A stretch of DNA of 24,498 bases from Eledone cirrhosa (taxonomy: Eukaryota). How positions within the stretch are numbered: position 1 is the stretch's first letter; every line of letters starts with the position of its first letter. The notes under the pieces are model-generated. The model was given only the letters and a program-made list of their open reading frames with translations. It was not told the DNA's origin and searched no databases. Made by a program: the position numbers and the translations under genes. Shown piece after piece: positions 1 through 10,371 of this stretch. Location: NCBI GenBank assembly GCA_964016885.1, contig CAXHJY010000911.1:1-24498 (forward strand), given 5' to 3'.

Positions 1-86
1 GGGAGTGGGAGGATGGAGTAGGGGTAGTGGGCTAAGGTGTATATTTGGTTAAGAGGTGCCTACTGACTGTAGGTTTAACTTTGTAC
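1..86 (-). mobile_element. Fragment of the RTE-LINE family 1 3' UTR, running off the window start
   Basis: Reverse complement (tacaaagttaaacctacagtcagtaggcacctcttaaccaaatatacacc) aligns with the UTR just after the LINE stop codon at ~13630-13700. Confidence 0.8.
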
Positions 87-120
87 GTAAATAAAAGGGT
101 AAAGATCTGATAACTCCTTG

Positions 121-226
121 TGGAGTCATAGAGGCACCATCAAACAGTGTGTCTAGGGCACTTTTAAACCTGGCAGAGACCAACCCTCTCCAGGTCTGAA
201 CACAGCCAATTTATTCCATAGAGGAA
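121..226 (-). repeat. Dispersed repeat 'module X' attached to the SINE core, copy 1
   Basis: ggagtcatagaggcaccat...ctagggca...aaacctggcagagacc...ctctccaggtctgaa is similar to ~9310-9412 and to the reverse complement of ~17280-17390. Confidence 0.75.
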
Positions 227-227
227 G

Positions 228-383
228 AATCGACCCCAGTACTGGACTGGTACTTTTTTTTTCATTGACCTCGAAAGGATGAATGGCAAAATTGACCTCG
301 GCGGGATTTGAACTCAGAGCGCGCAATGAGGTGAGACGAATACCAAAAAACATTCTATGCAACGTCTTAACGACTCTGCCAAT
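228..383 (-). mobile_element. tRNA-derived SINE (cephalopod-type)
   Basis: On the minus strand: A-box-like ttggcagagtcgttaag, B-box gagttcaaatcc, and core gaggtcaattttgccattcatcctttcgaggtc...agtaccagt...ggggtcgatt shared with the copies at 8657-9059. Confidence 0.85.
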
Positions 384-405
384 ATATATATATATATATA
401 TATAT

Positions 406-716
406 CAAATATACACCCCCATCCACTACCCCAACTCCCCCATCCACACCCCCATCAACACCACCCCTTTCTCTGTAAAGTTATGTTGGTACCACAACAT
501 CCAGTCCTAAATAAATGAGGTCGTGTAGGTGTCACGACAAAAACACACACAGTCCGCGCTGTAATGTGGTTGGTGTTAGGAAGGGCATCCAGCCGTCGAC
601 AACCTGCCAGACAGTCCTATACGAGCGAGATGACCAATCTTGCCTCAAGTGGGACAATTCGTGCCTAAACCCATGCCAGCGTGGAAGATAGAAGTTAAAC
701 GATGATGATGATGATG
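406..716 (+). mobile_element. 5'-truncated RTE-LINE family 1 3' UTR with (GAT)n tail
   Basis: Colinear with ~13669-14025. Ends in ccatgccagcgtggaagatagaagttaaac(gat)n and is flanked by TA repeats. Confidence 0.88.
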
Positions 717-727
717 TACGTATATAT

Positions 728-797
728 GTAAAAGGTAAACAGAAATAACAACACAGTCGGTACAGTATATGTAAGGGATATATTAGAGTTTTGCTCA
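728..797 (-). repeat. Partial copy of the 2588-3017 repeat unit, without the ribozyme-like motif
   Basis: gtaaaaggtaaacagaaataacaa...agtatatgtaagggatatattag matches ~2619-2690 and ~2863-2930. Confidence 0.65.
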
Positions 798-941
798 AGG
801 CATGGACCAACTCAAGGCTATGGTAAATGACCATTGTCCAAGATACCATGTGCTAGGATTGAACCCAGGACCCAATGAAAACAAAGTAAAATTCTTAACC
901 AATCAATTCAACATAGAATTCAGATGTATACACACATGCAT

Positions 942-979
<38 letters not shown>

Positions 980-984
980 ACTTA

Positions 985-1153
985 GTGTAAATGATGTTGG
1001 CGTTAGGAAGGGCATCCAGCTGTAGAAATCAAGCCAAAATCAGTTCTGTATCAGCAAGACATGGTCACCTGACGCAGCATTGCTCACAACATGAAATCTC
1101 GTCTAACCCATGCTAGCGTGGAAAAATGGATAATAAATGGTGATGATGATGAT
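985..1153 (+). mobile_element. 3' half of an RTE-tailed SINE or LINE-UTR-related element
   Basis: gttggcgttaggaagggcatccagctgtagaaa...cgtctaacccatgctagcgtggaaaaatgga...(gat)n shares its body motif and terminus with the RTE family 1 UTR, but the middle differs. Confidence 0.8.
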
Positions 1154-1169
1154 ATATATATATATATGT

Positions 1170-1434
1170 AGGAGGTGAGTTTTATTGTAGAACAATAAAA
1201 CTATGCATATATCAGATAAGAAGAACTCAACAGTTGATAGAACTATATATATATATTTATATATAAGTTCATCCCGGGTCCATTCGGAGGTAACCACAGT
1301 AAGTAAGGTACTCAATACATAGCAGAGTATAAATCTTTAATATAATATAGAAATGGCTTCTGCAGGACTAGAACTGTTTCATTCGGGATCCTGAATGAAA
1401 CAGTTCTAGTCCTGTAGAAGCCATTTCTATATTA
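1170..1434 (-). mobile_element. Fold-back element (probable Penelope-like remnant), copy 1, with a 92-bp palindrome at 1343-1434
   Basis: 46-bp arms with no spacer, centred on 1388/1389, with 2 mismatches. The reverse complement of 1295-1382 matches 8310-8401. The left boundary is approximate. Confidence 0.6.
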
Positions 1435-2214
1435 GATATATATATATATATATATACATACACACACACAGTATCTGCATGTCTCCTTAATGTCAGACAC
1501 ATACATACAAAAGTGCACTGCAAATACACGCACATACATATATATATATATATATATAGTGTGTGTGTGTGTGTGTGTGTGCATGTGTTGCCCTTCTGTC
1601 TGTCAGCACTCTCTGTTTAGCAACCATTGTGGTGAGCAGGGGCAGGGGAGGTATAAGGGAGGTGGGGACCCCACACCGTTTGGGAGGACCCAACAGCTGA
1701 AACAGTATCTCAGCTGATAGCAAGAGAGACAGAGTGAGAGAGTGTAAGAGTCGGGGTGGGTGGGGTGGGGCAAGGGAGAGAGAGAGAGATGGAAAGACAG
1801 ACAGAGAGGACATGAGAGGGAGGGGGAAGAGAGAGAGATGAAGGGAGGAAGAGAGGACAAGGGAAGGAGAGTGGGAAGCGAGGCAAGGAAGGGCAAGGAA
1901 GAGAGAGGGGAGAGAAATAGAAACACATGTACACAACTCCACTAAGCACACACACACATTTCTGCTAAACACACACACCATTTTGCTAAGCAATTGTATT
2001 TCAAAGTGCAGTAATTCTCCCAGACTAAAGAGACACGCTGACACTTGAGAAGTTTTTACAAGTTTAAAAGGAGGAAAAACCCTCAAAATTTAAATAGAAA
2101 AACAAAAAAAGAGAAAAAAAAAAAAAGAAGCCGAAAATGAAATTAGGTTTCTTCCTCTTGAAGTGGGGGGAATCCCTTCCCCCTTACCACTGTGGGGTTG
2201 TTCAGCAGAGAATT

Positions 2215-2384
2215 TTGGTAACGTACAAAAAAGTATTTAGTAATATTAGGGATACCCCCTTTATGATCTGAGTTCAAATCCTGCTGAGGTTAACTTTACC
2301 TTTTGTCCTTACGGGGTCGATAAAATAAAGTACCAGTAATACACTGGGGTAATTGCTGGCCTTGTGCCAAAATTAGAAAAAATG
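2215..2384 (+). mobile_element. tRNA-derived SINE, degenerate head
   Basis: ctgagttcaaatcctgctgaggttaactttacc...ggggtcgataaaataaagtaccagt...gctggccttgtgccaaaattagaaa. Confidence 0.85.
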
Positions 2385-2474
2385 TTAGGGATTTCCTGGT
2401 CCTTCTCTATGTACATGACAGCTTCTTACTCCCTTTGAGGGTGAGGGGTGGGAGTGACTTCTTATCCTACCCCT

Positions 2475-2560
2475 GTGTGGGGTGACTTCCCACCCCACTG
2501 AGGGTGGCATTTCATCACAGTGTGGGTGACATTCCACCACTGTGTGGGTGACATGCCACC
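2475..2560. repeat. Short ~22-bp tandem repeat, about 4 degenerate units, each weakly self-complementary
   Basis: tgtgtggggtgacttcccacccc / agtgtgggtgacattccaccac / tgtgtgggtgacatgccacc. Confidence 0.6.
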
Positions 2561-2708
2561 TGTTTTTAGAGAAACATAGCAAGTGTATTCATGTTGCCAT
2601 CTGTGTCTGTGTGTGTGTGTAAAAGGCAAACAGAAATAACAAAGCAAACACCACAGTACAATGAAGAAATATACTATTAGTTTTATGCTTGATATAGTGG
2701 GAAAAGAG

Positions 2709-2743
2709 TCTGAACGTTTTGGATGCTAGTCCTTCATCAGAAG
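2709..2743 (-). ncRNA. Degenerate minimal type I hammerhead ribozyme, copy 1
   Basis: Minus strand reads ctt-CTGATGA-a-gga-ctagca-tcc-aAAA-CGTTC-aga. The CUGAUGA box is intact, stem II is 3 bp, GAAA is mutated to AAAA, and the stem III position holds palindromic ACGT. Confidence 0.55.
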
Positions 2744-2831
2744 AAAGAATGAGAAATTAAAAGAGAAATAGAAAGATTGAGGAGACGGGCAGGGTGGAAA
2801 CAGAAAAATAACAGGTCCTTTCATGTTACCA

Positions 2832-2869
<38 letters not shown>

Positions 2870-2948
2870 GTAAACAAACATAAAAACAAACAGCACAGTG
2901 CAATGAAAGGATATATTAGTTTAACGCTTGATAAAGTAGGAAAAGAGA

Positions 2949-2982
2949 CTTGACGTTTTGGATACTAGTCCTTCATCGGAAG
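2949..2982 (-). ncRNA. Degenerate minimal type I hammerhead ribozyme, copy 2
   Basis: Minus strand reads ctt-CcGATGA-a-gga-ctagta-tcc-aAAA-CGTC-aag. Stem I is ctt/aag and the GUC cleavage triplet is present. Core changes are U4>C and G12>A. Confidence 0.55.
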
Positions 2983-3102
2983 ATAGAGAGTGAGAAGAGG
3001 AAGGAAAAAGCATGTGCTTTTTTTTTTTAAATCAAGGGAGTCAATCTAAAATATTATCGGATTCCCTCCTCCCATTATTTGAGACACTGAGTGTATTATA
3101 TG

Positions 3103-3512
3103 TGTCAGACAGACAGACAGACACACAGACAGGTAATTCAGACAGACAGACAGGTAACTCAGACAGACACACAGACAGGTAACTCAGAGACAGACAGATA
3201 GTCAGACAGACAGACAGGTAACTCAGACAGACAGACAGGTAATTCAGACAGACACACAGACAATCAGACAGACAGACAGGTAACTCAGACAGACACACAG
3301 ACAGGTAACTCAGAGACAGACAGATAGTCAGACAGACAGACAGGTAACTCAGACAGACAGGTAATTCAGACAGACACACAGACAGACAGGTAACTCAGAC
3401 AGACAGGTAATTCAGACAGACACACAGACAGACAGACAGACAGACAGACACACAGACAGACAGACAGGTAACTCAGACAGACACACAGACAGGTAATTCA
3501 GACAGACAGGCA
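3103..3512. repeat. (GACA)n-derived minisatellite punctuated by caggtaaYtca
   Basis: About 14 repeats of acaggtaa(c/t)tcaga separated by variable gaca/caca runs. Confidence 0.95.
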
Positions 3513-3782
3513 CATAGTCAAAGAGACCAGCAGGTAAGTCAGGGAGGTAGAACGGAAGGTTTGGTAAGTATCTAGAGGAAAATATCTCAGGTGAGTAGTA
3601 TCTGATGACCACACCCGACCCTCACCTCCATCCACACCACACACTACACAGTGATATCTACATGTGTGGGTAGATAGGTGGGTGGGGCATATTTCTTCTT
3701 TTTTTTTTAACCAAGAGGTGGGAGAGGATGGTGAGAGTAGTTAAATTATGTTTCGTGCAGGCAGGTAACACAAACAGAGGGA

Positions 3783-3961
3783 CAGGTAGGTGGGTAGATA
3801 GGTAGGTAGGTAGACTTCGTAGGTAGGCAGGTATGTAGGTAGGTGGGTTTAGGTAGGCAGGTTCGTAGGTAGGTGGGTAGGTAGCTAAAAAAATTGCAAA
3901 AAAAACAACAACCCAAAGTTAGGTAGGTAGGTAGGTAGGTAGGTAGGTAGGTAGGTAGGTA
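3783..3961. repeat. (GGTA)n tetranucleotide microsatellite, degenerate then pure
   Basis: Pure aggt repeats at ~3920-3961, with degenerate copies upstream. Confidence 0.95.
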
Positions 3962-4153
3962 AGTTCATGCAGTTAACATAGGTTATCAAAAGTGGGTGGT
4001 TAGCTGGGTTAGTGCATTTTCCCTGTGTGTGTTAGTGTGTGTGTGTGTGTGGTGGAGGGGGGGCACTGATATGTGTGAATAGGTCATTAACTCTTAATAT
4101 CCTGTAATGATTTAGTAGAAAAATATCTAAAATAACAAAAAAAACCCAGGTTC

Positions 4154-4815
4154 GTTAATTCAAATGTTTATAGTATCTTTATGTCGCAAATATTTGCAGT
4201 ATCAGACTTTAATTCTTGGTGTGATACAGCCAGAGCTATTTTGTACTAAATGTAAAAAGTTGCAGTATTACAGTAAAGACTATTATTTAATGTGGTGTAG
4301 TCATAATTTGTTTTGTACTAAATATTTATAGTATCTTTATTAGTGGACATATTGTAGAGAAAAATTGCAGTACTAGAGTAAAGACTAATATTTAATGTGG
4401 TGTAGTCATAGTGTTGTTTTGTACTAAATGTTTATAGTATCTTTACTAGTGGACATATTGTAGTGAAGGGTTGAAGTATTAGAGCAAAGACTTTAATATT
4501 CAATGTGGTGTAGTCATAGAGTTTTTTTTTACTAAATGTTTATAGTATCTGAACTAGTGGACATATTGTAGTGAAAAATTTGCTGTATTAAAGTAAAGAC
4601 CAATATGTAATGTGGTGTAGTAATAGTTTTGTACTAAATGTTTATAGTATCTTTACTAGTGGACATATTGTAGTGAAAAATTGCAGTATTAAAGTAAAGA
4701 CTGATTTAATATCTATAATCATAGTGCTGTTTTGTACTAAATGTTTATAGTATCTTTACTAGTGGACATATTGTATCTTTATTAGTGAAAAGTTGCAGTA
4801 TTAGAGATTTAAAGA
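4154..4815. repeat. ~105-bp AT-rich tandem satellite, about 6 units
   Basis: tttgtactaaatgtttatagtatctttactagtggacatattgtagtgaaaa.ttgcagtatta.agtaaagact recurs near 4313, 4418, 4527, 4628 and 4731, with shorter units upstream. Confidence 0.92.
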
Positions 4816-5196
4816 CTCTGATCTAATCTTTATAATCTACAACATAAAATATTTTGCAATACTGCAAAACAAACAAAAACCACCCGCACAAGTATTTCAT
4901 TAGTCATATTTAGTAGTTTAGTATATAGAAAGTTTGTAGTTTGACTAAGTTGTACTGAGAATAAATAAATAGTGAAAGGTGGAAAAAAGCAACAACAATA
5001 ACAATAACACTAGTAGTAGTAGTAATGTGTAACTGTAGTTAGTCATTACTACAGAATGTTTTATATACTAACAAGAGCTGCTTATTGGTCAGATAAGACA
5101 TTCAAGGAAGACCACATACTTTCTCTCATTTTCCCACACACATTTCTTTCTTCTTGATGTCTACACCTCTTCGCTCTCTCTCACCCCCCACCCCTA

Positions 5197-6680
<1,484 letters not shown>

Positions 6681-6689
6681 ATACAAGTC

Positions 6690-7058
6690 TAGAAGGAAAA
6701 CTCTGATATAACACCTGCAACCCTGATAGTATCCAATGATGTTGACTTGTTCTTCTTTTTGGTAAAATCATCTCGGTTAAGAGAGTGGGACTGGCTTTGT
6801 GCAGTGCCTTTGCTCACTATAAAAGCTTCACGACACAGGCATTGCTTTATATCTGGAGATCTCTCTGCACTTGTCGTCACATGGTACCATGGGCCCAGCA
6901 CTATGTCTCAATAATTGTCACAAGTGTAGTGTTTGTACCAGAGTTTTCAAGTTGCTGGCTGGACTAAAAAGTCACACTCGTTCAGCGCATCGGTAGGGGT
7001 TCTCCTACATGGATATAAAGTAGTGGCCGTACTCGAAAACAAGTTGGCAGCCACCATG
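6690..7058 (+). mobile_element. Decayed 3' end of an RTE-like LINE (family 3) with a C-terminal C2H2 zinc finger
   Basis: 6925-6996 translates as CSVCTRVFKLLAGLKSHTRSAHR*, which is C-x2-C-x12-H-x4-H. Upstream gat agt atc caa tga tgt tga ctt gtt resembles a decayed 'DR..WRRLV' RTE motif. A short UTR follows, and the segment is flanked by TA repeats. Confidence 0.6.
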
Positions 7059-7084
7059 TATGCATATATATATATGAAAAGGGA

Positions 7085-7426
7085 GTAAGGTTCTATACAA
7101 AACAGTGATTATAGAGAAAAAGTGAAATTGAAAATATATCTAAGGATCTGTTTTACTTTTTTTTTTTCCTTCTTTGATTCATCAAAGTGACATTATTGAA
7201 AAAATGAGAGGGACAATTCTTTTTTTAAAAAAAGAGTTTTATAATGTACATAAAATATATAAAATATAACCGGTTTCGATGTATCATCTTATCAAATGTT
7301 GAGTATTACAATTAAAAAGCATTTTAAAAAATTAAAAAGAATTATAAATTAAAGATTCAAAATTAAGTGTTGAAGCAAGTTTGTTTATCTTTCTTGTTGA
7401 GAAGAAGACTGGCTCTAAAATGAAGT

Positions 7427-7430
<4 letters not shown>
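7085..7430 (-). mobile_element. Probable Penelope-like 3' remnant with a decayed hammerhead motif at ~7267-7297
   Basis: Minus strand reads tTGATaA-gatg-ata-catc-GAAA-CCGGTT. The downstream tttatgtacattataaaact is shared with 12692-12712. Boundaries are approximate. Confidence 0.45.
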
Positions 7431-7496
<66 letters not shown>

Positions 7497-7828
7497 GAGG
7501 AGGAGGAGTAGTAGTATGATGATGATGATGATATATATATATATAGTATAAGTAAGTGTAGCACCAAGAAAAATATAGACTTCCGTGAGTGAAGATAGAA
7601 GAATTTATTGGCTTTAACATATGTTTCTGAACCTCTTATAATAGTCTACATATGCTGACTACAATATATAGTGTTCAATCATATGTAATACTTAATTATT
7701 TTTCACACATATATAAGTATGTATACACATACATATGTAAGAGTATATATATATATATATATACACACATACATATGTAAGTATATATATATATATACAC
7801 ACACATACATATGTAAATATATATATAT

Positions 7829-7984
7829 GGTTTGGTTGGAATGTCATGGTTAGCGACAGGATGAGGTTAGGAGACCCACCTCATATGTTGTGGTTTAGGT
7901 ATAATTTCCAGAGCTGGATGTCCTTCCTATAACTGAGCACTTTACAGAGTGTACTGAGTACATTTTACATGACACCAACACTAC
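7829..7984 (-). mobile_element. Degenerate RTE-tailed SINE fragment
   Basis: agctggatgtccttccta is the reverse complement of the taggaagggcatccagct family motif, followed by cactttacagagtgtactg. Confidence 0.65.
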
Positions 7985-8175
7985 CACTTTACAGAGCGTA
8001 CTGGGTACATTTTAACATGATACCAACACTACCACCTTACAACGTCAACTGAGAACATTTTATCATGAAACCAGTACTACCAGTTTACAGAGTGTACTTG
8101 GGTACATTTTATCATGAAACCAGCACTATTACTTTACAGAGTTTATTTGGTACATTTTATCATGGCTCGAGCAAT
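7938..8175. repeat. ~47-49-bp tandem repeat, 5 units, amplified from the adjacent SINE body
   Basis: cactttacagagtgtactg(a/g)gtacatttt(a)acatga.acca.cactac starts at ~7938, 7985, 8033, 8081 and 8130. Confidence 0.9.
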
Positions 8176-8235
8176 AGAAAGGTCAGGTTGACCTATGCAG
8201 GTCGAGCAGAAACAATTATACTTTTGCATTCATAC

Positions 8236-8410
8236 ATATAAAATTTAATACAGAAATGGCTTCTACAGGATTAGAACTGTTTCAGCGAAGCCTGATGATT
8301 TCTTTCAAATGAAACAGTTCTAGTCCTAGTCCTGTAGAAGCCATTTCTATATAAAATTTTATATACACTCTACTAATGTATTGAGTACTTCACTTACTGT
8401 GCTCAACCCC
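8236..8410 (+). mobile_element. Fold-back element, copy 2, with arms 8236-8284 and 8310-8364 and CTGATGA in the spacer
   Basis: Same arm sequence as 1343-1434. The 25-nt spacer is gcgaagcCTGATGAtttctttcaaa, followed by tGAAACAG. The right arm has a 6-nt duplication (tagtcc). Confidence 0.65.
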
Positions 8411-8473
8411 TAAAATATATATATATACATATATATATATTTTTTTCCCTGAGTATGTGTGTGTGTATATCTA

Positions 8474-8594
<121 letters not shown>

Positions 8595-8656
8595 TGTGTG
8601 TGTGTGTGTGTGTGTGTGCCTCTGTGTGCAATGCATGTATGTTATTATTAGTAGTA

Positions 8657-9059
8657 AGGTCAGTGGATTGGCAGTATCAGTAGAGGGTCGGACGCCATGC
8701 TTTGCAGCATAGAGTTACGGCTCTTTATGATCTGAGCTCAAATCCTGCCGAGGTTAACTTTGCCTTTCATCCTTACAGGGGTCGATAAAATAAAGTACCA
8801 GTCACGCACTGGGGTCGATTTAATCGACTTTCCCCTCCCCCCCAAATTACTGGCCTTGTGCCTATATAAGATAAGAAACCATTTGGTAGAGGGGCGGACG
8901 CCATGCTTTGACGTATAGAGTTACGGCCCTTGCCATTCTGAGTTCAAATCCCGCCGAGGTTAACTTTGCCTTTCATCCTTACGGGGTCGATAAAATAAAG
9001 TACCAGTAATGCACTGGGTATGTGCTGGCCTTGTGCCTAACGTAGAAACAATTATTATT
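8657..9059 (+). mobile_element. Head-to-tail dimer of the tRNA-derived SINE (8657-8883 near full length; 8885-9059 lacking the A box)
   Basis: agtggattggcagtatcagtagag (A-box-like), gag(c/t)tcaaatcc (B box), conserved core, and ggccttgtgcct tail ending in an (att)n-like run. Confidence 0.9.
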
Positions 9060-9061
9060 GT

Positions 9062-9453
9062 TTGCCGCTCTACCGATTCTGCTAATCCAATAACAATAAT
9101 TGTTTCTGATTTAGGCCAAAAGGCCAACAATTTGGGGGTGAGGGGAAAGTTGATTAAATTAACCTCAGTGAGTTACTGGTACTTCATTTTATAGACTCCC
9201 ACCACCACCACCACCACCACCATAAGTATAAATGGCAAAGCTAACCTCGGTGGGACTTGAACTCAACACCCCAACTTAATAATGATACATGGTCCCATAC
9301 ATGGTCCGAGGGAGTCATAGGGGCACCATATTGAAATATGACATTTCTAGGGCATTTCTTTTTTTTGAAAACCTGGTGGAGCCCATCTTCTCTCTAGGGG
9401 CTGAATTCTTCTTAAGGGGACATCATTCTATGCTGCAAAGCATGTTGTCCGGC
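9062..9453 (-). mobile_element. Inverted SINE cluster: head fragment (9062-9089) plus a SINE (9090-9453) interrupted by module X (~9268-9412)
   Basis: Minus strand reads ggacaacatgctttgcagcataga, then module X, then gagttcaagtcccaccgaggttagctttgcc...aagtaccagt...ttggccttttggcctaaatcagaaac. Confidence 0.75.
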
Positions 9454-10015
9454 AGCACGGGGGAGGGGTACCTTTCTTTAGAACCAGTTAAACCATCAAA
9501 GGGTAGAAAATATGGGTTTGTGTGGCATTCGTTGTTGTTGTAATTGAGGATGGGGATGTGGGGAGAAGCAGAGAGGCGAAAGTCAGAACATGACCAGAAT
9601 TGTGGGGGGGGGGGATATATTGGGGGGGGGGGGGTCATTATTGCAAGTGAGAGGTGTCAAAAGTGTCAGTCAGCAGTATAATGATAAATGATATAAACTT
9701 ACCCAGGCTTGTATTGTTTAATTAATCAATCAAGTGAGAGGTGACAACGGACTAAAGGAGGTGGTTACTACAGGTTTAAAACACAATAACCTAAAACAGG
9801 AAGAAAAAATAAGAAAACATTGAAAAAAACAGCAACAAGAACAACAGCAACAACAATAATTTCATTCAACAGTCTTGAAAAAATACTGAAATGTGTGACA
9901 ACACCACCACCTATGGGAGATGACCATAATAATTATATATAAGTTGACGTAACTAGCATGGGTTTCTCTGCTAGTACCGGTTGCATCTCAATAGGTAATG
10001 TTATATAAACTCCCA

Positions 10016-10078
10016 TATAAAATAAAGTACCAGTAATGCACTGGGTAATTTGCTGGCCTTGTGCCTAAAGTAGAAACA
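10016..10078 (+). mobile_element. 5'-truncated SINE 3' end with a 16-bp target-site duplication
   Basis: taaaataaagtaccagtaatgcactggg...ggccttgtgcctaaagtagaaaca is flanked by gttatataaactccca at 10000-10015 and 10079-10094. Confidence 0.9.
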
Positions 10079-10256
10079 GTTATATAAACTCCCAAACTCC
10101 CAGAGTAGACAGTTATTCTCTTCAATACAACATACGTTAATGGGCACCTTCAACCTATACCCGAGTTTCGGCCACACATAATGCAGTAATAGAGTGCACA
10201 GCATTCACTGTTTGCATTTATCATGCAACAATGCACAATCGGTGCACGTGGCTTGT

Positions 10257-10367
10257 GGATGAAAGGCAAAGTTAACCTTGGCGGGATTTGAACTCACAAC
10301 CATAAAGGGCCGTATCTCTTTGCTGCAAAGGATGTCGTCCGACCCTCTACCGATACTGCCAATCCAC
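10257..10367 (-). mobile_element. 5' half of the tRNA-derived SINE
   Basis: Minus strand reads gtggattggcagtatcggtagagggtcggacg...gagttcaaatcccgccaaggttaactttgcctttcatcc. Confidence 0.88.
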
Positions 10368-10371
10368 ACAC

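Larger units (their letters stand above)
2588..3017 (-). mobile_element. Tandem dimer of a ~235-240-bp unit carrying a minimal hammerhead-like motif (retrozyme or Penelope pLTR-like)
   Basis: Units start at ttcatgttgccatctgtgt (2588) and ttcatgttaccatctgtgt (2820). Each has a hammerhead-like motif on the minus strand, 239 nt apart. Confidence 0.7.

Noticed and set aside
3602-3608. Isolated CTGATGA
   Set aside because: There is no stem II or downstream GAAA, so it is not a hammerhead. No matching snoRNA box pair is evident either.
8657-8750. tRNA gene (A-box and B-box motifs)
   Set aside because: No cloverleaf forms, and the boxes lead into a multi-copy SINE body.
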